Numbered from the stretch's first letter, positions 53,364 to 62,652 are shown. The stretch: 64,000 bases of DNA from a virus (IMGVR_UViG_3300033142_000627:13280-77279); one strand, 5' to 3'. Notes: generated by a model not told the origin, from the sequence alone. Translations and numbers: made by a program.

Positions 53364-54416
53364 TTAGAACTTAATATTGTTATCGAAAGAAACTAAAGGT
53401 TCTACTTGTAGAAAGTCCATAAGGTTCTTGTAACTTTTCTTTACCCAAGATATAATCTTCATTATAATGGACTTAATGAATGATTTTGCCTTGTTGAATA
53501 TATCTGCGATTACGCCTTCTGTTAATGCATACTCTGGAATATCATCGATATCTTCTTGGAGTTTATCCACAATAAGACCTACAACAGACCAGTAACGGTA
53601 GTTCCCTGTCTTCTGTTTCTTTCCATCAATAACTTTCTTCTCTGAACCAGACTTGAAGCGTACAGACACCTTCATCTTCTTTGCGATAGATGAAACGTAT
53701 GCCTTATCATTAACAGGTACGTGATGAATCTTTGAACCATCCCATGTTACAACAAGGAAACTTGAACAAGCACCATCGTTGCCACCAAACTTAACATCTC
53801 CTGACATTGCTTCATACGCAAATGCATCTCTGAACGATTGGTTGGTTGAGAAAACCTTGGTCAACTCTCTCATCAGGTCTTTATGTACAGCATCGGCCTG
53901 TTTAACAAGTTCGTCTTTGCCGCTTTTTATTGCTGCGCGTAGATTCCCTTTTGTTACTCCTGCTGGAGACAACTGGTCAAATCCTTTTCTCAAGGTATCA
54001 GAAACTTTCTTATCGACACCCTTTAATTGATTCGCAGCGGCGTAGAATGTTGCGCGGGCCTCATTACGACCACCTGACATTAATTGTGCTGCTTGTCCCG
54101 TCTTGAGAGATATCTTATCCGAGCCGATGACGATATCAGTCTTAGGAGTCTTTGTGCCGCCTGGAACCTTACCTTCTGGCCAGTATGTTGACCACTCTTT
54201 AGTAACAGGCATAGTGGAGGCGCCAAGAGAAGAGGCTTTGCCTGACTCGCCTTTACTCTTCAACTCAGCAACAATCTTTTCAACGTTCTCTTGTGTGATA
54301 CGTTTATCTGTTATATCACTAGGAATCTCTTGACCATTCCATACCGCGATAATGGCATTCTCCATCTGTATACCAGGAGATGCTGCTTCGTTAATATATT
54401 CTTTGAAACCTTTCAT
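53364..54416 (-). CDS. Hypothetical protein (350 aa, Lys/Gly-rich)
   Basis: Long ORF with no recognised motif. Confidence 0.5.
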   Translation of the reverse strand: MKGFKEYINEAASPGIQMENAIIAVWNGQEIPSDITDKRITQENVEKIVAELKSKGESGKASSLGASTMPVTKEWSTYWPEGKVPGGTKTPKTDIVIGSDKISLKTGQAAQLMSGGRNEARATFYAAANQLKGVDKKVSDTLRKGFDQLSPAGVTKGNLRAAIKSGKDELVKQADAVHKDLMRELTKVFSTNQSFRDAFAYEAMSGDVKFGGNDGACSSFLVVTWDGSKIHHVPVNDKAYVSSIAKKMKVSVRFKSGSEKKVIDGKKQKTGNYRYWSVVGLIVDKLQEDIDDIPEYALTEGVIADIFNKAKSFIKSIIMKIISWVKKSYKNLMDFLQVEPLVSFDNNIKF

Positions 54417-54700
54417 TATTTACCAACTTTTTTAATGTTCTTATCAATGAATTTTTTAACATCTTGGCGTTTAACTTTGTCTTTGAAAGCAGGTTCAAAA
54501 TCATGTTCACCAGTTTTCATATCCAAATATACTGTCCAAATATTGTAATGATTTCCGTTCTCGGCCTTGGCACCTACCAAGTATATATCTCCCTTCACTT
54601 GTCGAACATACTCAACAACATCTGTATCAAATACATTTGACTCAAACCATTTTACATCTTTCTTTATGGATTCGTTCAAGAGTTGTTTTACTGTTTTCAT
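54416..54700 (-). CDS. Hypothetical protein (94 aa)
   Basis: ATGA-coupled to both neighbours. Confidence 0.45.
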   Translation of the reverse strand: MKTVKQLLNESIKKDVKWFESNVFDTDVVEYVRQVKGDIYLVGAKAENGNHYNIWTVYLDMKTGEHDFEPAFKDKVKRQDVKKFIDKNIKKVGK

Positions 54701-55941
54701 TATAGTCTCCAGACCAGATTTGTTATTTGGTTAACAGGCGCGAATACACCAGTGAATTTGAGTAGTTCGCCTTTGTAGAAGAATGTAATGCCTTCTGTAG
54801 GCATAAGATTCTTTATTCCACCAAGAGCATCTAATTTCTTTAGTTGTGCATCAAGCGTCTTTTTCAGACCTTCGTTATCCGAGGCCTTAATCTTGTTAAC
54901 CGAATTCCACATATTGTCAGCAATCTTCTGCATAGACTTATCAGGATTAACGGTCATCATTGAAGAGATGGTCTTCATCAACTCTGTACCAACACCAAGA
55001 AATACATTCTCGATAGGGTGCATCATCTCTTTCCATACCTTCTGCATAGACTTGTCAATCTTTTGAATCCAAGACTTCAACTCTGGTACCAGTTTATAGA
55101 TACTAGTGATGGTCACAGACTTGTCGCCATGCGCCCATCTGTTAACCAATGAGGTATGTACATCATCAGGCAACGATGTCTTCTTGATCACGTTGTTGAT
55201 TATGTAGTTTCGTTTATATGTAGAAAGTTTATCTGAATTCTTTACACCTTGAGACTTCATAATCTTATTGAGTTTGACAAGGTACTTGTCTGTACGTTTC
55301 TTGTGGTCTTTCATTGCACCAACTTTGACCTTAGATAGACCTTTCATTTCGAAACGCTTTCCTTTGTCCAGACCTTTACCACGTAGAATCTTCTCAAGAT
55401 ATCTGCCGTCTGATTGGTTCAACTTAGAAATAGGGTTGCCGTCTTCGTCCAGTTCGATAGTGCCGTGGAAACGAATCTCTGATACACCGTAGTGTACGAT
55501 GTTCTCATTCTCTGGTACCATAACCTCAATAGAAATCCACTTGTGACCTTCATTGAAGAAATATTCTTTGTCGGCCGGACTAAGTTGTGACATTGCATGT
55601 GATAGTTCATTCATCACATCAGAGTATGCTGTAAGTAATGCACCACGACCGGAGAACTTGGCAACAATTCCTGCTTTATCCAGTGCGTTCTCACCAAAGT
55701 TCTTTTGATGACCCTTATTACGAGAGGCGATTAACTTATTGTTTTTCCAAGAGAACATCAGGTTTTGGCCATCGGTTTTCTCTGTGACTTGTTCAAGTCT
55801 ACCTTGAAATGCTCTTACAATGATGCCTTTGATTTCGTTGAATGTGAAATCAATATCATATGGATGCGAAAGGTGACCGAAACCACCGCCTTCTGATAAG
55901 GTATGGGTTTCATTGTATTCTTTGAATCTAAGCACACACAA
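54700..55941 (-). CDS. Covalent nucleotidyltransferase of the ligase superfamily (third ligase-like protein; KxDG motif I)
   Basis: EKTDGQNLMFSW is a ligase/capping-type motif I. Downstream ISIEVMVP and FEMKGLSKVK resemble motifs III/IV and V. Confidence 0.5.
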   Translation of the reverse strand: MCVLRFKEYNETHTLSEGGGFGHLSHPYDIDFTFNEIKGIIVRAFQGRLEQVTEKTDGQNLMFSWKNNKLIASRNKGHQKNFGENALDKAGIVAKFSGRGALLTAYSDVMNELSHAMSQLSPADKEYFFNEGHKWISIEVMVPENENIVHYGVSEIRFHGTIELDEDGNPISKLNQSDGRYLEKILRGKGLDKGKRFEMKGLSKVKVGAMKDHKKRTDKYLVKLNKIMKSQGVKNSDKLSTYKRNYIINNVIKKTSLPDDVHTSLVNRWAHGDKSVTITSIYKLVPELKSWIQKIDKSMQKVWKEMMHPIENVFLGVGTELMKTISSMMTVNPDKSMQKIADNMWNSVNKIKASDNEGLKKTLDAQLKKLDALGGIKNLMPTEGITFFYKGELLKFTGVFAPVNQITNLVWRL

Positions 55942-56023
55942 CTCCTATAAATGAATAAAGGCATCGGGGTGGTGGCAACCCCTGAGTACCTTCCTAATAT
56001 AGTTATTTATGTTATCTTACCGT

Positions 56024-56275
56024 TTACCAACTCGGTCTACACTCATACAACGCTCTTCTAAGTTCTTCTTTGAAGTGTTGTAGTTTATATTCTTCTACTT
56101 CTGTACGGTATTCTGGGTCAATAATCTCATAGTTGTATACCTGTTCGTCATAATAGTCAATTTTTCTATCACATAATTCTCGGCTCAGTGGCGCGTTACG
56201 AACCAGTTCCTTCATCTCTCCAGCAGAGGATGTGTATGAGGTAAATAATAAGATGAATATTGCAATATATTTCAT
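56024..56275 (-). CDS. Small secreted protein (83 aa)
   Basis: Signal peptide MKYIAIFILLFTSYTSSA. Confidence 0.45.
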   Translation of the reverse strand: MKYIAIFILLFTSYTSSAGEMKELVRNAPLSRELCDRKIDYYDEQVYNYEIIDPEYRTEVEEYKLQHFKEELRRALYECRPSW

Positions 56276-56277
56276 GA

Positions 56278-56652
56278 TTAATGGTCGCCTTGTAGTCGTT
56301 CTATCCTTTTATTTAGTGTTTGTATTTGTAGTTTATACAATTCTACCTCACCAATGGTATCTGCACTACCTAAAAGGGTGTTCAACTTTGAGATTTGTGA
56401 AGTGAGGTCTTCTATATATGTGGTACGAATAGTCACCGCCTCTTTTTCGAACCTCTCGGTGATGCGTGTTTCCATTGCGGACAGGTCTTTATGAGTCACC
56501 AACACAGAATCAACAGCTGTAATCATTTTACTACCAAAACCTAAAATGGTAAAGAGAGCTCCTATCACCGCAGCAGTTGTTAGTATAGTTTTTACTGGGT
56601 TTTCTTTGACCTTGGCCAAGAACCCTTCTTTTTCTTGTGTCTTATTAGGCAT
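56278..56652 (-). CDS. Membrane-anchored coiled-coil protein (124 aa)
   Basis: TM helix then heptad repeats. Confidence 0.45.
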   Translation of the reverse strand: MPNKTQEKEGFLAKVKENPVKTILTTAAVIGALFTILGFGSKMITAVDSVLVTHKDLSAMETRITERFEKEAVTIRTTYIEDLTSQISKLNTLLGSADTIGEVELYKLQIQTLNKRIERLQGDH

Positions 56653-56666
56653 AAGACTATTTATGT

Positions 56667-56936
56667 TTATCTAATGAAATCCCAGTAATCCATAGGTTCT
56701 ATACCTCTTGGCATATCATCAATCCAATCATCAAACGCCTGCATTTCCTTTTTAGATGCATGGTCATAAACAATATCCGTAGCTTCTCCCCACTCACCAT
56801 CCTCAAGAGCAACAGATAATTCATGTGAGTCATTTGTTTTCTTAATCTTTTTGATTAGATTAAAAATAATCTTTGGTATATCTTTTTTATCAGCGCGCTT
56901 AACGGCCTCGTTAAGGAATTCTTTTGTTGTTTTCAT
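56667..56936 (-). CDS. Hypothetical acidic protein (89 aa)
   Basis: Packed ORF. Confidence 0.45.
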   Translation of the reverse strand: MKTTKEFLNEAVKRADKKDIPKIIFNLIKKIKKTNDSHELSVALEDGEWGEATDIVYDHASKKEMQAFDDWIDDMPRGIEPMDYWDFIR

Positions 56937-56940
56937 TTAT

Positions 56941-58023
56941 CTACCTTATCATTTGTATGTCGTCTGTATGTATATTATCCAAAGACCATACTTCAAGGTC
57001 CTTTTTTAATCTATCCTCAGAACGAAGTTTTTCCCAACGCTTTACAGATTTCTTTTTCCATATCGATATCATCTCTTCGCTAGATTTACTGATATTGTTA
57101 CAGTAATAGTAATTCTTCTTGGTTGTTATATTAGACTTCGTTTTTATCATATTAGAGAATTCATGGTATTTATCTATATCATGATGTTTTAATGAATTCT
57201 TTATTGTCCTGATAAGGCCATTAAATCTCTTTGTCTTTACTGAACTTGAGTTGACCGTTATGTTGACAACATGATTACCTTCATTCTCGGATTTGATGAT
57301 AATTGTTAACTTTTTGATAACATCATCAGAAGGGTACATCATCAGGTTTGAATCAGTTCTTACCTTAGACCTCTTTATAATGGGTTTAAGTCCATCGTAT
57401 TGAGAAGACTGTTTAATGGAACCATATAGACTGGTCGTTTCGAAGTATTGTATATCAGTGTCATACTTGTTGTTGAAACGGTCTCTTATGTCTGTAGATG
57501 CCGCTATTAGTGCAAGTAGTTTGCCGCCGAGATAGTTAAAACCAAACGGTTGAACCGGCACGATTACGATGCCATTATAGAAGGTACGGTTCAATTCTTC
57601 TGGTTTTATGACATAATCCAACATCGTGTTACGAGGTTTCATATTGATTGTCGGGGAAGACATCTTAATAAAACCTAATAACTTTTTCGTGTTGTTCTCC
57701 CACACCTTAACACACAATGACCGACCCGGAGTGGGCCCGACGACAAACGACGAAACGTATTGTAACTGATTATAATACTCTCTGTTCTCTGGTGTATACT
57801 CTAATCTAATGTCCATATCCATTGGAGACATATCATAATCATTAAAATATATATCAGAATACATGTGATTACCAAAAATGTCATAGGATTCCATATCTAA
57901 TAACTTGATTCCTTTTCTAATTCTTTGGTATTGTTCTATATCAGTAATATCAGCGTAAGCATCCATTAATATATCATAACACCTAAGTGTGTTACGTTCG
58001 GACAATATTAGTTTATCTACCAT
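56941..58023 (-). CDS. Unknown-function protein, paralogue A of a tandem pair (360 aa)
   Basis: About 60% identical by eye to ORF 58344-59570 over the whole length. Confidence 0.55.
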   Translation of the reverse strand: MVDKLILSERNTLRCYDILMDAYADITDIEQYQRIRKGIKLLDMESYDIFGNHMYSDIYFNDYDMSPMDMDIRLEYTPENREYYNQLQYVSSFVVGPTPGRSLCVKVWENNTKKLLGFIKMSSPTINMKPRNTMLDYVIKPEELNRTFYNGIVIVPVQPFGFNYLGGKLLALIAASTDIRDRFNNKYDTDIQYFETTSLYGSIKQSSQYDGLKPIIKRSKVRTDSNLMMYPSDDVIKKLTIIIKSENEGNHVVNITVNSSSVKTKRFNGLIRTIKNSLKHHDIDKYHEFSNMIKTKSNITTKKNYYYCNNISKSSEEMISIWKKKSVKRWEKLRSEDRLKKDLEVWSLDNIHTDDIQMIR

Positions 58024-58024
58024 A

Positions 58025-58339
58025 TTAGTAATCAGTGTGTTCTAGGTACCGTTCTTTATGTACTCTTTCGCTAATGATAGTTCCGTCGGTAACTCTTGTT
58101 ATAACAACTTTCTGTTCTTCCTCGACCCATTTTGTATTCAATTGGTAGTATTTCAGTTTGGCCTGTAGTTCTTTCAAGATTTGGTTATAGGTCTCATCTT
58201 CCATATAGTCAGGATAACTTTCAGCAATACGAATCAGGTAGTCGGTAACCTCTTGAAATTCATCATTCTCTTGTGATGTGTATTCCGATATCTGTTTGCA
58301 CATCTCATACACATCATCTCTGTTCATTATATCTTTCAT
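58025..58339 (-). CDS. Hypothetical acidic protein (104 aa) between the paralogues
   Basis: Packed ORF. Confidence 0.45.
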   Translation of the reverse strand: MKDIMNRDDVYEMCKQISEYTSQENDEFQEVTDYLIRIAESYPDYMEDETYNQILKELQAKLKYYQLNTKWVEEEQKVVITRVTDGTIISERVHKERYLEHTDY

Positions 58340-58343
58340 AGTA

Positions 58344-59570
58344 TTACCTTATCATCTGAATTTTGTCACCAAGAACCGTATCTAGATCCCAAATCTCAAG
58401 TTCTGTACGAATTCTATCATCGGCTGCAAGATTGTCATATCGTCTTTGTGCCTTGCGTTTCCACCAAACAACCATTTCTTCAACGCTCTTATTAATGTTG
58501 TTGCAGTAATAGTAATTCTTTTTGGTAGTAATCTCCTTCTTCACAGCAAGGAACTCTTTCAAGTGGTCGTGTTTCTCCATATCATGTACCTTTAGAGAAG
58601 CATATAGACGCGAGAACATACCGTTCATTCGTTTCAACTTGACAGAACCACTATTTGCCTCTACGGCGTGTTGACCATTATTCTCGCTCTTGAAGATTAA
58701 CGCCATCTTTCCGAGAACTTCATCGGATGGGTACATCATAAGATTTGAATCTGTTTGTGCCTTACAACGGCGAATCATAGGTTTCAGACCGTCATACTGT
58801 GAAGACTGTTTGATTGATCCATATAAGCTGGTTGTTTCAAATGTCTGAATGTCAGTACCATATTTCTTATTGAACATATCACGTACATCAGTTGAAGCAG
58901 CGATTAACGCCATCAGTTTACCACCAAGGGCATTATAACCGAATGGTTGTACAGGTACAAGAATGATACCGTTATAGAACGTGCGATTCAATTCTTCGGG
59001 TTCAACGATTCTATCCATCATCACATTACGAGGTTTCATATTGAGAGTAGGTGAACCCAACTTCATAAATCCAAGTGTCTTGCCTGTGTTCGCCTCAACA
59101 GCGCGTAGGTGCAAGGTACGACCCGGTGACGGTACAATCGCCATAGAGGACACTACTTGTATCTGTTCATAGAAATCTCTTGAGGAGAGTTCTTCCACGC
59201 GGATTTCCATATCATCTGGACGCATATCATAGTCATTAAACAGAATATCGTCATACCATTCCGTACCATCGATAGACTGTGAAGAACCGGTCTTCATCAA
59301 CATCTCAAGTTTACGGAATCTCTGATATGATTCAATGTCGTGAAAGTTTGAGTAGTAGTCAATAAGAAGTTTATAACAGGCAATTGCCTTATCCTTAGGG
59401 AGAATCAACATCTCGCCTTCTTTTCTATCAGATTCGAATAACGCCTGTGGTTTTTCTGGTTGGTCCGGTTCTTTGTCCGGACGTTTGAACTTTCCTACTG
59501 TACTCTCTTTCTCAACGGCAAGGTCTTCGCCGAATAAATCTTGTGAACTCATAATATTTCCCATAATCAA
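58344..59570 (-). CDS. Unknown-function protein, paralogue B of the tandem pair (408 aa)
   Basis: Shares the blocks NRTFYNGI..VPVQPFG.N.LGGKL.ALIAAST and TKKNYYYCNNI with paralogue A. Extra 48-aa N-terminus. Confidence 0.55.
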   Translation of the reverse strand: MIMGNIMSSQDLFGEDLAVEKESTVGKFKRPDKEPDQPEKPQALFESDRKEGEMLILPKDKAIACYKLLIDYYSNFHDIESYQRFRKLEMLMKTGSSQSIDGTEWYDDILFNDYDMRPDDMEIRVEELSSRDFYEQIQVVSSMAIVPSPGRTLHLRAVEANTGKTLGFMKLGSPTLNMKPRNVMMDRIVEPEELNRTFYNGIILVPVQPFGYNALGGKLMALIAASTDVRDMFNKKYGTDIQTFETTSLYGSIKQSSQYDGLKPMIRRCKAQTDSNLMMYPSDEVLGKMALIFKSENNGQHAVEANSGSVKLKRMNGMFSRLYASLKVHDMEKHDHLKEFLAVKKEITTKKNYYYCNNINKSVEEMVVWWKRKAQRRYDNLAADDRIRTELEIWDLDTVLGDKIQMIR

Positions 59571-59603
59571 TTTATACCATTATATAGTAAGCGAACGTAT
59601 TTA

Positions 59604-59858
59604 TCAAGACATTCTTCGTTCAAACTCTGGAAAAGATGTTTTTCCGAAACCAGTAAACTTGTAATCTCTATGAAATGCGATCTTTGCTCTTTTGGTCATA
59701 GGTATAACAAGTTTCTCCATATGAAACGCCGGATTGAATCCTGGTTCCTCGGATGTGAACTCCTGTTCGGCCTCATTAGGTCGTAACAAATAAAATGCCA
59801 CGACCGGAACCGTGTGGAGTTGATTAATCTGTTTTTTAAACATATCATATAGTGTCAT
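59604..59858 (-). CDS. Hypothetical protein (84 aa)
   Basis: Packed ORF. Confidence 0.4.
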   Translation of the reverse strand: MTLYDMFKKQINQLHTVPVVAFYLLRPNEAEQEFTSEEPGFNPAFHMEKLVIPMTKRAKIAFHRDYKFTGFGKTSFPEFERRMS

Positions 59859-59866
59859 AATATCTC

Positions 59867-61300
59867 CTAAACTATAAAGTCATCAAAAGGATTTCCGTCC
59901 TTCTTATTATCACCGAACATCAATTCCTGTCCAGCACCAAATGTTGGTTTATCCGCTATGGTTTTCCCATCAGTAGTTGAGGCACCCATCATCGTACCGG
60001 CAGTATCATCAAGGTCATAGAATCGCATCTGTTTGAAATCAACACCACACATAAACTTATTGGTGCTGGATATATCATAGAAACGGTTCTTCAACTGTTT
60101 GAACATCACCTTGCCCTGTTCGCGTAGCTCTTCTGTAGAAATCATACCAAAGAAAGTATCAACAGTATGTAATAGACCGGCTGATTCTGATACATCAGAC
60201 ATTTCCATATCAGAGGCATTTAGTCCACCACGATTAACCTGTGTAGCACTAACAATAGGACAATTATTCTCAATTGCGAATCCACGAAGTTCTTCTGCGA
60301 TACTCTTAACAAGTGTGTACGAGTTTGCGCCTTTTGCTGCACGACTTGAAGAACAAATATTAAGGTAATCGATAAAGATAATATCAGGCACAAAGTTCTG
60401 TTTGGTCTTTAGTTCTCTAACAAGATGTCTAAAGTGACCAACATGTGCCGATGTGGTAGGATATTCCTTAATCATCAATCGACCAGCGCACTTCTCTTTT
60501 ACATCTTCGACCTGTTTGAGATACTTGTCTCTATCGATGCCGTGTAGTTTATTAAGGTCGACCTCTAAGAGATTGGCGTCGATACGTTCACCAATTCTTT
60601 CTTCGGCCAACTCTAATGAGATGTATAGAACATTCTTGCCCTGTAAATACAACTGACTACCGATATGAATCATAATGGCAGACTTACCAGAACCGGCTCC
60701 GCCCATGAAAACATTCAATGTCTTGTCAACAAAACCACCACGGGTTACCTTATCAAGATAGTGTAGACCAGTGGCCAATCTATCTTCTTTCAGGTGTAAC
60801 AAATCGTAACGCGCATCAGCATCATTGATATAGTCGTGACCTACAGAACTATCAAACGAAACACTCAAGGCATCTTGTAGCAGTTCAGGTATGGCACCTT
60901 TGTCCATATCTTTCTTCTCACCATTGATAATGGCGATAGCAGTTTCAACAGACCTGTGAACGGCACGTTCAGAACAGAATTTCTCCGTTTCGTCCCTTAA
61001 CCATTCTGAATTAGGTTTTTCTTCCGTAATGATTCTATACGAATCGAGTCTTGTTACTATTTCTTTGTATTCATCTTCGGTAATATTTTTACGGTCACCT
61101 ACCTGTACAATGATAGACTCTATTGTAGGTACATCATTATACTTTTCAAAGAAGCCTTTGTATTCTTCAAAGATAACCCTATATTGATCATCAGAGTAAT
61201 ATTCATCCTTTAGATACGGTAGAACATCTCTTACATAGGCGCTATCAACGAATAGATTCTTGAATAGTACATCTTCAAAATCTATATCAATCAATAACAC
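59867..61300 (-). CDS. 41: Replicative DNA helicase gp41 (DnaB family)
   Basis: Walker A GGAGSGKS. The N-terminus aligns with T4 gp41. GTG start preceded by an AAGGAGA SD. Confidence 0.9.
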   Translation of the reverse strand: MLLIDIDFEDVLFKNLFVDSAYVRDVLPYLKDEYYSDDQYRVIFEEYKGFFEKYNDVPTIESIIVQVGDRKNITEDEYKEIVTRLDSYRIITEEKPNSEWLRDETEKFCSERAVHRSVETAIAIINGEKKDMDKGAIPELLQDALSVSFDSSVGHDYINDADARYDLLHLKEDRLATGLHYLDKVTRGGFVDKTLNVFMGGAGSGKSAIMIHIGSQLYLQGKNVLYISLELAEERIGERIDANLLEVDLNKLHGIDRDKYLKQVEDVKEKCAGRLMIKEYPTTSAHVGHFRHLVRELKTKQNFVPDIIFIDYLNICSSSRAAKGANSYTLVKSIAEELRGFAIENNCPIVSATQVNRGGLNASDMEMSDVSESAGLLHTVDTFFGMISTEELREQGKVMFKQLKNRFYDISSTNKFMCGVDFKQMRFYDLDDTAGTMMGASTTDGKTIADKPTFGAGQELMFGDNKKDGNPFDDFIV

Positions 61301-61556
61301 TCTCCTTGGTCATAGATTCTAACTCAGAGATTATTCCGTTTGTGAAATTTGTTACAATCTCGCTGACCTCTTCTTTAATATTTTCGGGGATTTCAATCGC
61401 AATAGATTTGTCCCTCTCTACTAGTCCGTATTCGGCATTAACCGCGTACTGGCCAGTTTCGTCAGGTTCCTCGGAGAAGGACACATTAGTAATAACAACA
61501 TCAAAGTCATCACCAAATGCAATAACAACTTGTTTCATTTTATCACTCATCGTCAT
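61287..61556 (-). CDS. Small acidic protein in the gene-40-equivalent position
   Basis: Lies between uvsX and 41 as T4 gene 40 does. No motif; start uncertain. Confidence 0.35.
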   Translation of the reverse strand: MTMSDKMKQVVIAFGDDFDVVITNVSFSEEPDETGQYAVNAEYGLVERDKSIAIEIPENIKEEVSEIVTNFTNGIISELESMTKESVID

Positions 61557-62586
61557 CCTCCTGCAACATTTTGATTTGTGCAACCTTGTATTTTTCTTCT
61601 ATCGCCTTGGTGAAGTTTGTCTTCTCTAAGATAGGCATCCAGAAATCGGGAGTGTTCGTGTCCTTTGCGCGCCAGTTTTTGTCCTCTTGAACAACTCCAT
61701 CAGCATCAGGAATAATTCTTGTATACCAACCAACTTTTGGTTTCTCCACAAATCCCATTTCGGTAGCAATATCTAATAGACCAGACCATTTAGAGATGCC
61801 GCCTTCATATGTAACGGTGATAGGCAGTTTTGATTTCTCTTTAACGAAACGTGACTTCTCGATATTGATTGTAAAGTTATAACCAACAATTTCTTTGCCT
61901 TCTTTCTGTTGAGACTTGCCTACCATCAATACAGTATTGGCAGAGTACATTGCACCAGTACCACCAGACATCACCTGTTTACTGAACATCTCAATCGTTT
62001 GATATGAGTGGTTCACAGCAACCATTGGGATATCAAGCTTGGTTAGATATGGAGTCACCATTCTGAATAGAGACTTCAATTGTTTTGCGCGGGTCATATC
62101 GGCAACGGACTTTCCTTCAAGAGCATCATCAACTTCTTTCTTAGATGCAAGGTTACCGATAGAGTCAATGAAGATGAATACATTATCACTCTTCTTGAGA
62201 CTATCAAGTTGTTTCATAATGTCCTGTTTCAGTTCTTCGATGTTCATAATAGGAACATGGATAACTCGGTCAGAGTCGATACCGAATGAATCAAAATAGT
62301 CCTTAGATGCACCAAACTCTGAATCATAGAATAGAATAACAGAGTCTTTCACTTCATCAAGATAGGCCTTTGCCATGATGAGCGCGTATGCAGTTTTAAA
62401 GTGACGGGAAGGTCCTACAACGAATGTTAAGCCAGATGACAGACCTCCGTCAAGGGAACCACTAAGGGCAACATTCAATAACGGTACAGATGTTCGTACC
62501 ACGGTAGTTTTCATAAATGACGAATGAGTTAGCAACTCGGATTCTTTGATGGTACTATTTTTGATCAGTTGTTCCAATATACTCAT
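61543..62586 (-). CDS. uvsX: UvsX recombinase (RecA-like)
   Basis: PLLNVALSGSLDGGLSSGL, FYDSEFG, FIDSIGNLASKKE and DMTRAKQLKSLFR are near-identical to T4 UvsX blocks. Confidence 0.95.
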   Translation of the reverse strand: MSILEQLIKNSTIKESELLTHSSFMKTTVVRTSVPLLNVALSGSLDGGLSSGLTFVVGPSRHFKTAYALIMAKAYLDEVKDSVILFYDSEFGASKDYFDSFGIDSDRVIHVPIMNIEELKQDIMKQLDSLKKSDNVFIFIDSIGNLASKKEVDDALEGKSVADMTRAKQLKSLFRMVTPYLTKLDIPMVAVNHSYQTIEMFSKQVMSGGTGAMYSANTVLMVGKSQQKEGKEIVGYNFTINIEKSRFVKEKSKLPITVTYEGGISKWSGLLDIATEMGFVEKPKVGWYTRIIPDADGVVQEDKNWRAKDTNTPDFWMPILEKTNFTKAIEEKYKVAQIKMLQEDDDE

Positions 62587-62623
62587 AGATTCTCCTGGCG
62601 TTAAGTATTAGTTTCGTTTGTCC

Positions 62624-62652
62624 ATTATAAGGTACCAGACCTTGAAAGTCAA
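62624..62652 (-). promoter_or_regulatory. Early promoter cassette 11 upstream of uvsX (TTGACT-17-TATAAT)
   Basis: -10 at 62624-62629, -35 at 62647-62652, placed 38 nt upstream of the uvsX ATG. Confidence 0.6.

Noticed and set aside
7639-62652. CRISPR array formed by the 11 repeated cassette motifs
   Set aside because: The repeats are 2-25 kb apart, each sits upstream of an ORF start and each contains promoter hexamers. There are no short regularly spaced spacers, so they are promoter cassettes and not a CRISPR array.
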